A stretch of 64,000 nt of DNA from an uncultured Nitrososphaeraceae archaeon (lineage in GTDB: Archaea; Thermoproteota; Nitrososphaeria; Nitrososphaerales; Nitrososphaeraceae). The translations under genes and the position numbers were made by a program. The DNA lies in the NCBI GenBank assembly GCA_963765895.1, contig CAVXZB010000088.1, positions 64,001 to 128,000 on the forward strand, given 5' to 3'. Every line of letters begins with the position of its first letter. Position 1 is the first letter of the stretch. Of the stretch, positions 32,507 through 43,853 are shown piece by piece. The notes under the pieces are model-generated. The model ran no database searches, had not been told where the DNA came from, and saw nothing but the letters and a program-made list of their open reading frames with translations.

Positions 32507-33040
32507 TCAATGAAAAACGGTGGACACAATAATTGCAAGAAAATATACTATAGCAACTGCCTTTACCGTTTTACCTATGCTCATAATGACAACAAACTTT
32601 TTGAAGTCATATTTTTTAACTCCAGCAACGATTGGTATAACATCTCCGAATATGGGGATCCATGGGGACATGAAGATTATTATCCATCCATATCTATCTA
32701 ACAGGACAGTACTTCGTTTTTCCTTCTCTTTATCCTGATAAGTAATACTCTTGTTACCATTATGAAAATTACTTTTACTAGTTCGACTTTTGCGTATTTG
32801 AAGAGACAATTTTTTTCCAGTGTAGCCCAAATAGTACGCAAGAAGTCCTCCAATTACTGATCCTATAGTTAGGACTATGAAGACATTTAGTTGATTCTGT
32901 CCAGAAGCTAATAAGGCAGAAATTGTTAGTTCAGTTGGAATTGGAATGACCGAAGATAATATTCCATTTACAAAGAGACCCAGCAAGCCATATTTTGTAA
33001 ATAGCAAGGCTACTGAAGTCGGAATAGCAAAATTTAGCAT
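32507..33040 (-). CDS. DedA/VTT (YqaA-like) membrane protein
   Basis: SSVIPIPTE, GSVIGGLLAYYLG, PIFGDVIPIVAG, GKTVK. Confidence 0.9.
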   Translation of the reverse strand: MLNFAIPTSVALLFTKYGLLGLFVNGILSSVIPIPTELTISALLASGQNQLNVFIVLTIGSVIGGLLAYYLGYTGKKLSLQIRKSRTSKSNFHNGNKSITYQDKEKEKRSTVLLDRYGWIIIFMSPWIPIFGDVIPIVAGVKKYDFKKFVVIMSIGKTVKAVAIVYFLAIIVSTVFH

Positions 33041-33439
33041 CGATTAATAACTGTATTGAAAGAATTCAGCATACTTTAACTTGATGGCGAAATATAACAT
33101 GACTGAGGTGTTCTGAGCGTGTTCATACTATAAGCAGTTAGGCTAAAATCGCTAGCGATGATAGGATCAAACGCCTCAAATACATCGACAATACTAACCT
33201 CTCTGAGAGAGTGTGCCCTGGGTAAGAGTCTGTTCCTGTGTTTATCTAGGCTAAACTCTGACTGATTTTCAGTTCAGATTAGAAGGAATTTATTCCATAC
33301 TATGTCTTCTCTTAATCACTTTCTATTCAAATAATACCAAACATTTGGAACAGGAGACAGAGAATAATTTTGACTGGTATATCCATGCAGTACGCCTAGG
33401 TTTCTATATAGAAGCCGCTAGATCTTTGCTCTTGGTCGA

Positions 33440-33800
33440 GTTCACTTAACTCGCCTGCTTTCTTGGGAGGCTCTTCTGCCTCTAGACCTTCGCGTTGTTT
33501 CAGAACCAACACCGTATTGTACTTTATCTCGTGTTACTCGATGGATTCCCAGAAGACTTACTGTAAAACGTGATTGCTTGGGTGTATCCTAGGTAGTATA
33601 GCTCAAAACCCTTAATATATAAGTCTGTTGCATTGCTGGTAGTCTATTTCTAATGATTTGTCAGAGTGGTCAATGCTTCAGTATCTTTACCTGTATTGAC
33701 TAATGTCTGTGCCTTGCGATTCGAAGGTCTGCATAATTTGGATCTTTAGCACTATTATAGAATTCAATCGCTTCATTATACCTTCCTAACCTGCCGTCTA
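33440..33800 (-). pseudogene. Decayed TPR-repeat gene fragment
   Basis: Minus strand 33748-33795 reads GRLGRYNEAIEFYNSA; downstream broken TPR-like pieces (YIKGFELYYLG); boundaries approximate. Confidence 0.45.
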
Positions 33801-34290
33801 AAAGTATCATCTATTGAACACAGTTTAACACTAGTCCGCGGGTTAACATACTCCCCATCCTATCTGTAATCATCTGACAAAATTACATCGTCTGAGGAGA
33901 AACCTATCTTTTATCAGCACACCAGTGTATCCCAAACTTGACTGAAGCGTTCGGTATAATCGTATTTAAAAAATATAAGATCCCATAATTGATGAGATAT
34001 GCAAGATGTGGCCGCTCCTGGTTCCTTACTGGAATGATAAGATTATGCTCAATTTTATGACACTACAATAGAGAGCAGTCAATTGTAATGATTATTCTAA
34101 ATGCTAACCTACCATCATCAGCAGTATAATATCTCATACAAACGGTTACTTTATTCAAGCAATTGGTTGGTATAGTGGTGTAGTGCAAGAGTTGTCGATG
34201 TATGGATTTCCTTGCTCGCTAGTAAAATACTGACTTAACCTGAGGAGCGTACTCTCAAAGCAAAGACAGATACCAAGATCAAAAAACAAA

Positions 34291-34623
34291 TTATAAAAAA
34301 GATTTTTCGACTGACTTCAAGATTTCAGAAATGACCGGTACGTGCCCATAACCATTCATTATTCTATTGCATATTTCTCTTATCATGTTTTTATTTTCCG
34401 GATCATCCTTTAACAAGACAACCAGATCTTCAAATAGATTTGCCAATTTCATCTCATCTTCTTTATCTATTTCTTTTTTGAGTATTTGAGATTCTTCGGA
34501 GCTTTTTCCCCGCGCTGAACTCAAATGTGATAATTCTCTAATAATATTATCAATCTTTGAGAGGATTTCTTCTTTCTCCACAGGAATATACCTTCCGTCG
34601 GTCCATATGAACGCATGTATCAT
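34291..34623 (-). CDS. Hypothetical helical protein
   Basis: 110-aa charged, amphipathic ORF; start uncertain. Confidence 0.6.
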   Translation of the reverse strand: MIHAFIWTDGRYIPVEKEEILSKIDNIIRELSHLSSARGKSSEESQILKKEIDKEDEMKLANLFEDLVVLLKDDPENKNMIREICNRIMNGYGHVPVISEILKSVEKSFL

Positions 34624-34844
34624 CTTTGGTCCATTTTAGAACCAGAACTTCCAACCACGATTATAATCAACTTAAATAATGCATTGATTTCTATCCGCAC
34701 CATCGACAAAATTCATTAATAATTACATTTTGGAGCAATTTCTCTCTTCTAGTATCTTATCTTCACTCTTGTATTTGTCGGATCAAAAATTCTGGACAAA
34801 GGCGTCCTAATTTCTCAACATGTAATAACAAAAAAAGGAAAAGA

Positions 34845-35930
34845 TTATCTGGCACCTAAATTGTATGTAGCACTTTCAATGAATTCTCCGCTAGGGTTTC
34901 CAGTAACAGCGTCTATACTAACCTTCACCATGAAAGGACCTGCTTGCGGAATAATTACCGATTGTTTTCCAGTACCATCAGGAGCTTTCTGATCTGCAGC
35001 CTGTTTGATTATTTTACCGTCTGGTGTAGTTACTGAAAAGGTATAGCTTACTTGATTTTGGATATTATTTGAGCTATCCATAAAAAGTATACCGAATTGT
35101 GTAACTTTACCATGTACAATGATTGCAGGTTGCCAAAACAGTTGGATATTGTAGGTGCCACGACCGGTTTGCAAAGTTAATGGCGATTTGGGCTGTAAAA
35201 TAAGAGTCTTAGGTTGCTTAGGTTGACCTTGGCCTGTGGATTGAAGGTCAAAGGCATATTGAATTGGTGGAGCTCCGGTTGTTACAGCTGCAAAAGCCTG
35301 CGCCTTGATTGGATATGGCATATTTGGATTCACGTATATGTGATTATCAGCTCCATAATGCCAAGATATCGCTGTAGTATCAAACGTTCCTGCGGGGACC
35401 GTGACCTTAGCTGCTCCGCTAGGTGCAATAGGTGACCCACCTATGGCCGCTAGCTTGCCCCAGGAAGGAGAACTCAATGATTGTCCGGGTTTTGGTACGA
35501 ATGATGCTAACCAGCCTAACGTATTAACGTATGCGCTCTTATACGGCCTTAATGCAGTAGATATCTGGGAACTGCCTAGAGCAGTAAGATCGAGGTCACT
35601 CAGATGAAAGGTACCATTAATTACGTTGCCGTTTGGTTCTGTCACGTACACCGGCGCAATCCAGTAACCTTTGCTGCTATCGAATTGCTTAAGATAGATA
35701 GTCATTATGAATGGCTGGCTTTCTTTCGTATCATGATCCTGTATCTTATAAGTATAATATGTATTCGCTTTCGCACCTTTACCGAGATACCAATTATTGT
35801 CTGCATAGGCTTTTTGAATACCAATAGTGGACTCTGACAGTAATAATATTGGTGCGACTAACATCGCAGTCAAGGCAAAGAATATGCCAAAACTAGTACC
35901 GCTATTCCTGTTTTGCTTAACATTCATCAA
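34845..35930 (-). CDS. Thaumarchaeal secreted surface protein with C-terminal Ig-like domain
   Basis: Signal peptide ending QKAYA; WYLGKG, SWGKLAAIGG, VTVPAGTFDT; C-terminal YNIQLFWQP...APDGTG. Confidence 0.8.
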   Translation of the reverse strand: MMNVKQNRNSGTSFGIFFALTAMLVAPILLLSESTIGIQKAYADNNWYLGKGAKANTYYTYKIQDHDTKESQPFIMTIYLKQFDSSKGYWIAPVYVTEPNGNVINGTFHLSDLDLTALGSSQISTALRPYKSAYVNTLGWLASFVPKPGQSLSSPSWGKLAAIGGSPIAPSGAAKVTVPAGTFDTTAISWHYGADNHIYVNPNMPYPIKAQAFAAVTTGAPPIQYAFDLQSTGQGQPKQPKTLILQPKSPLTLQTGRGTYNIQLFWQPAIIVHGKVTQFGILFMDSSNNIQNQVSYTFSVTTPDGKIIKQAADQKAPDGTGKQSVIIPQAGPFMVKVSIDAVTGNPSGEFIESATYNLGAR

Positions 35931-36390
35931 CTATTACTGTTCAGATAACCTGATAAATATTTTTATTTTTATTCTATTTTCAGCTAACGTCAAATCGTAA
36001 AGGTTTCGACGTAAATTTCTAAATATATGTAAAACCAATAAAATGATTCTGGTTTATTGATTGATTTAACACTGGATCATTTGAACTGTAATCTCGGGCT
36101 GAAATGAGAACAAATCAGTTTGCAAAACCTTTTCGAAAGTTCCAGACTTTCTTATCACGAACTAATGTGATTTCCATAGCAGTTAACAGAAAAGTTTATC
36201 GGTTATCAAAGTATGATTTACCCATAATTAAGATAGACTTTACAATCACTTTTCAATATTTCAGAGCATAGGATATTGAATGTTCTAAAAATTGAAATGT
36301 ATGGTATATGAATTGTGCTGCCTATTACCTTATTGCGTGTATGTCATCTTGAAATGAAATTTTCCGCTAGATATTACCTGTCTATGCTAG

Positions 36391-36720
36391 CTAGATATTT
36401 GAACTGTGCTCAAATGAACGAATAATCGATAGATGAGGCTCTGTGAGCTTTATCGTGTAGGCTGCCGTATCATCTGAAGAAAGGTGAGAAAGTTCTTCCA
36501 AGAATTTTGTTTTATCTCTTCCTCGTTCGTAGAGGCCACCAGATTCCTTAATACACAGGGGAAACTTTTGCAGACTAATATCCTTGGCACGAAGGTACGA
36601 AATAAAATGTCGATAGGCATCAAGGTCATACCAATCCCAATCCCTCTCTTCACAGAAACTTATCCATACATCAATGGTATTTTGGAAGAAAGCCTTTGAA
36701 CGTAGTTTTTCTAGGCTCAT
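36391..36720 (-). CDS. Hypothetical protein
   Basis: 109-aa ORF with protein-like composition (FFQNTIDVWI...FPLCIKESGG). Confidence 0.75.
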   Translation of the reverse strand: MSLEKLRSKAFFQNTIDVWISFCEERDWDWYDLDAYRHFISYLRAKDISLQKFPLCIKESGGLYERGRDKTKFLEELSHLSSDDTAAYTIKLTEPHLSIIRSFEHSSNI

Positions 36721-36942
36721 ACTAATAAATGAATTATATCATAGTATTTTTGAATTTATCGGCAGGTTACCTACCTGTCGACATCATAGTCATTGTCTGG
36801 ACAGTCTATCGACACCATAATTGTGGCAGAAGCGTAAAACTCGGATTTAACTTGTAACATAGAAAATAGCCACGTATGCGGCAAATTGCCTTCAGATACG
36901 TCATATTTTACAGCTTTCACCTCCCTTTTGAATATATAAATT

Positions 36943-37434
36943 ATGATTCGAATAATTTGTAGTAGTAATAGGCCTATAATAACATATATTCTTATGCCAC
37001 ATGATATATCATTTAGTATGCCCAACCGAGATCAACTCCATGAGGCTACATTAAAAAAAAGGGAGTATTGCAGCAAAATCCTCAGTATATCTCCCAAAAT
37101 TCGATACGCTGCAGTTATGAATGGATTTGGAAGGACTATAGCAGGTCAGTTACGTAAAGATGTGGTTCCATTATTTACGCCAGATGAGGCGAGGAATGAA
37201 AATTATATTGAAGCTACAAGAAATTGTTTAAGAAAAAATTTCGATAAATCTATTGGTAAGACTACTTTCACATTCACCGAAAATGAAAAGGTAAAGATAT
37301 TGGTCATTCCTGGAGAGACTAATTTTTGCTATCTGACCTTGGATAAGGATACAAAAATAACCGAAGTTGAGCCTATTGTCGATTCCACAAGGAAATTTAT
37401 TCTTTCAAACAATATCGACCATCCTTCAACTTGA
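36943..37434 (+). CDS. Roadblock/LC7-like thaumarchaeal protein
   Basis: CSKILSISPKIRYAAVMNGFGRTIAGQLRKDVVPL...FDKSIGKTTFT..ENEKVKILVIP; start probably 37018. Confidence 0.8.
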   Translation: MIRIICSSNRPIITYILMPHDISFSMPNRDQLHEATLKKREYCSKILSISPKIRYAAVMNGFGRTIAGQLRKDVVPLFTPDEARNENYIEATRNCLRKNFDKSIGKTTFTFTENEKVKILVIPGETNFCYLTLDKDTKITEVEPIVDSTRKFILSNNIDHPST

Positions 37435-37485
37435 TCAAAATGAGTGTATAAGAGGCTATGTGTGAAAGTCAATATAGATGAATGA

Positions 37486-37938
37486 TTAGGACAAGGATTT
37501 CAACTTTCTAATTAACTCCTTATCTCCATAAATTGATGGATGATTTGGATCTGCGAGAATTATCTCATACCACAAATACGTCCCATCTTTATACAAATAA
37601 TAAGAACCCAATACTTCCATATTGGGAAATTTCTCATTAACTCTCCTTTCTGCGACTTTTCGCATGCTTATTCCCTGTTTGATGCGGACGACGCCCATGT
37701 GTTTAGGTCTTCTACCTGACACAGGTCTTTTTTTTCTCATGCCTCCCCTTCCTACTCTCGCTCTCACCATCACCATTCCTTGTTTAGCTTTATATCCTAA
37801 CTTCCTTGCCCTATCTATCCTACTTGGTTTTTCAATTCTACTCACGGCTGGTTCGAGTCTCCACCCTATAGCTTTTGATTTCACTTCAGAATTCTGTTTC
37901 CACATCATTTTCCAAGTGTTGCCTATATGGGAGTACAT
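37486..37938 (-). CDS. rpl15e: 50S ribosomal protein L15e
   Basis: RIEKPSRIDRARKLGYKAKQG, GRRPK, VAERRV, EVLGSY, YEIILADPNHP. Confidence 0.97.
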   Translation of the reverse strand: MYSHIGNTWKMMWKQNSEVKSKAIGWRLEPAVSRIEKPSRIDRARKLGYKAKQGMVMVRARVGRGGMRKKRPVSGRRPKHMGVVRIKQGISMRKVAERRVNEKFPNMEVLGSYYLYKDGTYLWYEIILADPNHPSIYGDKELIRKLKSLS

Positions 37939-37964
37939 GTCTAGTGGTTTGGTTGGATGAGCCC

Positions 37965-37970
37965 TTTATA
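37965..37970 (-). promoter_or_regulatory. Putative TATA box of rpl15e (leaderless-type spacing)
   Basis: TATAAA on the minus strand about 27 nt upstream of the ATG. Confidence 0.45.
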
Positions 37971-38163
37971 TCTGTATATTTCCTTTAACCTGGTGCACTA
38001 GCGTTCATAATCAGGATATTATAAGGCCATATTGCAAACTCTAATATCCAGCATATTCAAAAACAGTCACTTTTATTTCTTAGCCAGGGATACATTAGTA
38101 GGAGTGGATAAACATTAGGACAATATACCAGTACACCAAAGACTGATGGTCCTAACGCTTATG

Positions 38164-39091
38164 CTAGGTATTCATTATTTGAATAATTTTTTCAGCTATA
38201 ACTGTGGACGCTAGTCTCTGCGCTTCCAACGTCTGAGCACCAATATGCGGTGTACTCACCACATTCGGCAACTCAAGGAGCAGCCTGTTAACAGGAGGTT
38301 CAATTTCAAATACATCAAGAGCCCGCCCCGGCAATCTTACCTGCCTTTAGGGCTTCATATAATGCGTTTTCTTCAATAACTCCTCCCCTTGAAGTATTTA
38401 TAATATATGCAGATGACTTCATCTTGGAAAGCCGGTTTGCATCGAACATGTGTCGAGTTTCTGCAGTAATAGGTACATGACACGTTATATAATCAGAACT
38501 TTCTATTAATGTGTCGAGATCCGTCTTAATTAATCCTACTTCTTTAACAAAATCTTGATTTATGGGAATTGTATCATAGCCAATTAGATTCATCCTTAAC
38601 GCTTTTGCAATACGTGCCGTATTTCTACCTATACTCCCTACACCCACGATTCCCAAATATTTGCCATTGAGTTCTGTTCCCACCAAGCTTTTCTTAATCC
38701 AATTTCCCTTTCTCAGTTCTGAGTCTGCGAGCATAATTTTCCGGCAAAGACACATCATAAGGCCTATCACTAATTCAGAGACAGCGCTGATAGCAGCTTC
38801 TGGAGCGTTAATTACGCGTATATTCTTCCTCTCCGCTGCTACTACGTCTATGTTATCCAATCCGACTCCAACTCGAGCTATTATTTTTGCGGATGTCGCG
38901 AGATCAACAATATCTTTGGTTAATTTGGTTCTGCTCCGCACAATTATGATATCATAATTAGCAATGGAAGATACCAATTTCTCAGTTGTAATTTCAGGTT
39001 GATAGGTTACCGTTAATCCAGCCCTTTCCAAACTGTTTATTCCTGCCTGATCAATTGCATCACAAACAAGAACGCTACCAGTAGCTTGCAT
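38164..39091 (-). CDS. serA: D-3-phosphoglycerate dehydrogenase family protein (frameshift near 38325)
   Basis: [27 protein letters not shown]; second frame [10 protein letters not shown]...[13 protein letters not shown]. Confidence 0.88.
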
Positions 39092-39884
39092 GGAAATTTT
39101 AAAAATGGCATAGATAATTTAAATTTTTGTTGGCATTGTCACAAAAAAGATTGAGTTAGATAATTATATGCAAAAACGGCCGAAGATCATTACTCTGTTT
39201 ATCATAAGTCAACGGTATGATTGTTAGATACCAGGTAATTCTGACTTGAGTTTTCCCAAATTTAGTATCGTATTTGATAGGTTTACTTGAATCTTACTCT
39301 GCTGGAACTATCGCACATCTGGCAGCACTTGGCCTCACGAATTCCTAATGCATTTTGATATAGTTCATCATTATGGCCATATCATCAAGTCTCATACGAT
39401 AAAGATCGCACTTTCGTGCCAGTTACTAATAGTATCAATTTCTCTGCCAATCGACGACATTTATTAGACTGAACTTGGCCGCCTAAGCGTTTCAAAATTC
39501 AATATACAACATGAAAGACTTTATTAATTGGTAACGATACACTTGTTCGCATCTATTGGCCCAACGCGTTAAAAAATGACTAAAAACATATGCATTCTCA
39601 TATCAATGAATCCACAGAAGATATCGTTTAATCACATTTTACTAGCAAGATTAGCATTTGTCACTGATTGATCAAGTTCCCTGCTAGCCTGGAAATAAGG
39701 CGTGTATATCCATGTTATGGTTCCAGATATTTTCATATCCTTTTCTCATATCTCCAGATAGCTTAAATTTTTTGTACGGAATGTTTTCATATTTGTGCCA
39801 TAATAAATTACGTTTGCGATCGATAATTTCTTAAAACGACCAGAAAAGTGGTCAGCATATCAACTTTTATAGTTATAAAACACG

Positions 39885-40427
39885 ATGATTTCCATGAGCA
39901 GGCCGGATTGGGATGAATATTTCATACTCTATGCAGAGATAGCTAAACTTCGTTCAAATTGTATGGCTAGACATGTAGGTGCAGTGATCGTAAAAGAGAA
40001 CAGACAGATCGCGACTGGCTACAACGGAACTCCGTCCGGCATTAAAAATTGTTTTGAAGGTGGATGCCTAAGATGTAAAGAAAGAATTCAAGGGAAGATT
40101 AAGTCCGGTGACCAACTAGATAGATGCCTATGTACTCACGCAGAAGCCAATGCGATAATGCAGTGTGCATTATTTGGAAATGCGGGAAGTACTAGGGGTG
40201 CCACCTTATACACTACATTTACTCCGTGCATAGAATGCAGCAAAATGGCAATCGGCGTGGGCATCACAAGAATAGTTGTACTTGGTAGATATCCAGAAGA
40301 CGTAACAGGATTACTAAAAGAAACAAATATTCAAATGACACAATTAGATCATAGTAGTCTGAAAAAATGGATTACACAAATCAATCAAGATCCTGAGCTT
40401 TCCAAAACTCCATCTAATCAAGTATAG
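39885..40427 (+). CDS. dCMP deaminase (ComEB-like)
   Basis: RPDWDEYF, RSNC, VGAVIV, TGYNG, HAEANA, PCIEC. Confidence 0.93.
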   Translation: MISMSRPDWDEYFILYAEIAKLRSNCMARHVGAVIVKENRQIATGYNGTPSGIKNCFEGGCLRCKERIQGKIKSGDQLDRCLCTHAEANAIMQCALFGNAGSTRGATLYTTFTPCIECSKMAIGVGITRIVVLGRYPEDVTGLLKETNIQMTQLDHSSLKKWITQINQDPELSKTPSNQV

Positions 40428-40519
40428 GACAGTTGGAATCTGTAAGAAGAAGGTCTCTAACTATTGAAGCTATTCGAGAATAGAATTTTATTAGACCTCG
40501 GCAGGTTCTAATTGGAGTA

Positions 40520-40678
40520 ATGAATAGCAGTAAGTTTAATGTTTCACTAACGGAATCTGAGTGGCAAGTCATACTAAACTCTTTGAGTAACACAATATTT
40601 AATGAAGAGTTGACTGGGGAGGCTCGAAAAAGTGCAAAGGAACTATTTCTGAAACTACAAAAGCATCTTGGCGTTTAG
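40520..40678 (+). CDS. 52-aa helical microprotein (not in ORF track)
   Basis: MNSSKFNVSLTESEWQVILNSLSNTIFNEELTGEARKSAKELFLKLQKHLGV; GGAG just upstream. Confidence 0.65.
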   Translation: MNSSKFNVSLTESEWQVILNSLSNTIFNEELTGEARKSAKELFLKLQKHLGV

Positions 40679-40851
40679 ATTTAAAAAGAAAAATTATCGA
40701 GAGAGATAGAGATAAAATTAGTAGAGACTATAAATTAGATTCAACTATAAATGCATTTAATTATCCCCTTATAAGGATTTTCGGCGTCTTTGATTCTAAA
40801 ATTAGAAATGTTCCGATAGGATTTTAATTCACATCAAAATGGGAAACCGCA

Positions 40852-41736
40852 TCATTTTTTGTTCATACTCGATCTAGTCTTGTGGATTGTGTCCAATATC
40901 ACATCCACATCTTCTGCCTCAGGATCTAATTCTAGGTACAAGTTCAACATCTCTAAGGCTTGTTCTGGTCTTTGTTTCTTTATGAGTAAAATTCCCTTAT
41001 CTGGTACTGCATTCGGATTATATTTATCAAGGGTCAGAATCATTTCATTTGCAATTTCTGTGCTATCCAGATCTTGCGACTCATAATAACTAGCTTTGAG
41101 ATTATTTAGAAGCCGGACCAGAACTTGAGTCGCAGTCGCTTTTCGAACAAAATCTTTTGTAAGAGGGATATTCTGATTAGGATAAAATTGATCCAAAAGG
41201 TGCTTTAACGTGTAATCATCCATAATTCTTCCCTCATTATATGGATCTATAATTATTTCGTCATCATCTTCCAGGGTATGTTTTACGAGAAAATGTGCAG
41301 GAAAACTAACCGGATATAACTTGAAATTTAGCATGTATGCAGTGCGCATATATAAGATCGATAATGTAATTGGGATGCCTAGTCGACGCTCGACTACGAC
41401 ATTAAGAAAATTATTTGAGGGATTGAAGTAGTCATGCTCGTTTCCCCTGAACCCCAGAATCTTAAAAAGATAATTATTGATCTCTTCAATTATTTGCGTT
41501 GGTCGAAGAGGCATACGTTTCTTTATAGATATTTGAAGTTCCTTTCCCATAGCATCAATAGTCTCCAATGCATGAAGCACTTGTAAATTCGGATAGGCGA
41601 GTATTCTTGATAAATGAAGCGCATATAATGACAAGTCATCAGTATTGTCAGAGGCCGAAACTACATTCGCTACGCTAATGCGCCAGTCTTCGATAATGTT
41701 ACGCAGGTCATGAATCGGCAATATCTTTATTGACAA
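40852..41736 (-). CDS. SirB1/YchA-family transglutaminase-like + TPR protein
   Basis: LGFRGN..DYFNPSNNFLN.V..RRLGIPITLSILY, FPAHFLV, IIDPYNEG, RLLNNLK, C-terminal TPR. Confidence 0.92.
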   Translation of the reverse strand: MSIKILPIHDLRNIIEDWRISVANVVSASDNTDDLSLYALHLSRILAYPNLQVLHALETIDAMGKELQISIKKRMPLRPTQIIEEINNYLFKILGFRGNEHDYFNPSNNFLNVVVERRLGIPITLSILYMRTAYMLNFKLYPVSFPAHFLVKHTLEDDDEIIIDPYNEGRIMDDYTLKHLLDQFYPNQNIPLTKDFVRKATATQVLVRLLNNLKASYYESQDLDSTEIANEMILTLDKYNPNAVPDKGILLIKKQRPEQALEMLNLYLELDPEAEDVDVILDTIHKTRSSMNKK

Positions 41737-42016
41737 GTTTACCTACTTATAATTTTCACGTGATTACTCCATGCTTTGATGCTAGAATGTCGCGTAAAAT
41801 CATAATTTAATTTTTCACGTGGCTATCTTCGGCAGATATTGTGATTGGAACCTTATCTTTACGAAGGCTGAAAATATATCCTATTTATGAGTTGAATTTC
41901 CTAAATCCGTATAGTATTAGCTCACATACTAAGCTGAAATCTAATAGAACAACATAAATATCATGCGCAGAACGTCATTTATTGTCAAATGGCGCTGCGA
42001 CATAATTTTAGTCACG

Positions 42017-43256
42017 TCAGGCTAATGATGTCTTATTAAACTCATCTCTAGTTTGTCTATACCTTCTATAATCTTCATCTACTTCTATTGCTGACGCCAA
42101 TATCTTACTTCTTATTGACTTGGAAGATTGTAAGAACATTTTAGTATCTTTTGGTAGACAATGACCACCTATTCCATCTCTTGGTTCAAGTATATTCACA
42201 TTCCATTTTGTATTTAGTGCATCTCGTAGTTCTGCAAAGTTTATGTTATTTGCTTGACAGTAAAGATATAGATCTTCTGCAAATGCTATTTGTAGATATC
42301 TGTGAGCATTTTCAGCAATCTTTGTAATTTCAGCAATTTCTATTTGAGGTACTGCATGCATACGAATATCCAAGCTCTTTTTGTGTGGATTTATTGTATC
42401 ATGTTGTTGTTCAGTGACGTTGTTATAATTATAATCATTATTATTAGTATTATTAGTATTATTAGTATTTGTTACATTGTCTGAGTCTATGGATTCTGTG
42501 GGCAGTCCAATTCCGACTGTTCCTGCTCCTTCTGTCTCCCCCACTAGCATTCTACCATCATAAAACTCCATAGCTACATCTAGACAGCATTGACAGACTC
42601 CACCAAGTACTCGTAGTTGATTGACACCGTGTTCTTCTTGTTCTAATGCATACCAGCGATGAGGTGCATGAGCTACATGCAGTCTATGATTAAGCATTTC
42701 AAATACCTTCTTTGATGTACCTTTTGGAATAGTACTTTCTATTGAAACTAGTGCTCCATTCTTTGCTTCTTTTGATATCTTTTCAACTATAGATAATAGA
42801 CCATCTATTTGTGGAGAAAACATGTCATCTGGTTTGTGTGTAGAAACACAGATGATAAAGACATCAAACGGACTAAAATCATATGCAACGGAAGTATTAC
42901 CATCATAATTATTATTATTATTATTATTATTACTACTACTACTACTTACACTAACACTAGCACTATTACCATTATTTCTGGAGCTATTATTGTTTATTAT
43001 TACTATCTCCAATCCTTTTTATTCCAGCTATTTTCTGTGCACGATCCATTGCTTTTGTACTTATGTCATAACCATATGTATCAAATCCACCTCTGTCCTT
43101 GATGTATTTTGCTACTGGTAAACCAAGTTGGCCCAACCCTATTACAAGAACCTTCAATCGACTCCCATTATCCTTGTAGTGCACTGTATTCGGTCTAAAC
43201 CTACCTTGACGAATGGCTGATTTAGATTGCTTAGAAAACTTGTGATCTAACAACAA
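42017..43256 (-). CDS. UDP-ManNAc/UDP-glucose dehydrogenase-like protein, C-terminally short, with low-complexity inserts (frameshift near 42995)
   Basis: VLVIGLGQLGLP, CVST, IESTIPKGT, AEITKIAENAHR, GIGGHCLPKD. Confidence 0.85.
42440..42466. repeat. Tandem repeat (ATTATTAGT)x3, encodes (TNN)3
   Basis: Read directly from sequence. Confidence 0.9.
42908..42946. repeat. Compound microsatellite (ATT)8(ACT)5, encodes poly-Ser/poly-Asn
   Basis: Read directly from sequence. Confidence 0.9.
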
Positions 43257-43853
43257 GTTTTAGTTATTCTATTCTTTTATATATGGTGAGAAAAAGATTC
43301 TACAGTACTCTTTTACCTCAATTAGGCAACGAGCAAACTGTCTAATTAATTATCTACATAAAAAGACATTATTTTTAGAACTAATTGCGTCATGTATTAA
43401 TACTACATTTGAAATCATAAATAATACACGGCGACATATTAATGCGAAAGCAAAGTGTACTTAGTATTATTCTGCATGGCATGATTTAATAAACTTGCAT
43501 CATAGGACGGTCATGAATCGAGTTAAGATTATTCAAGTTAATTAGGCGCTCAACTTAATAGATTTCAACCACAACTAGCTCATTATATGGTTAAGTTTTA
43601 ACCAGTCTTCTTCCATTTTCAAATAATTTTGTCTTGATTATATTCTCTGATTCTTTGAACCAATCAATTCACATAACAGATATGTCTTTTATCTATCAAC
43701 TTTAGTATATTGTAGAAATCATGTTAGTATTGAATTTGGGACCCTATCAATAAACATTGTAAACAATAGGAACATCTATTAAGGCAATTTAGCTAATCGT
43801 TGTCTTCTCTCAATATATGATGCTATAATAATTTTCTCATATTGCTAGAGCGG

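Noticed and set aside
38115-38155. Hairpin TTAGGAC...GTCCTAA just downstream of serA; possible C/D sRNA
   Set aside because: Only a 7-bp stem plus a short inner stem, with no convincing C box
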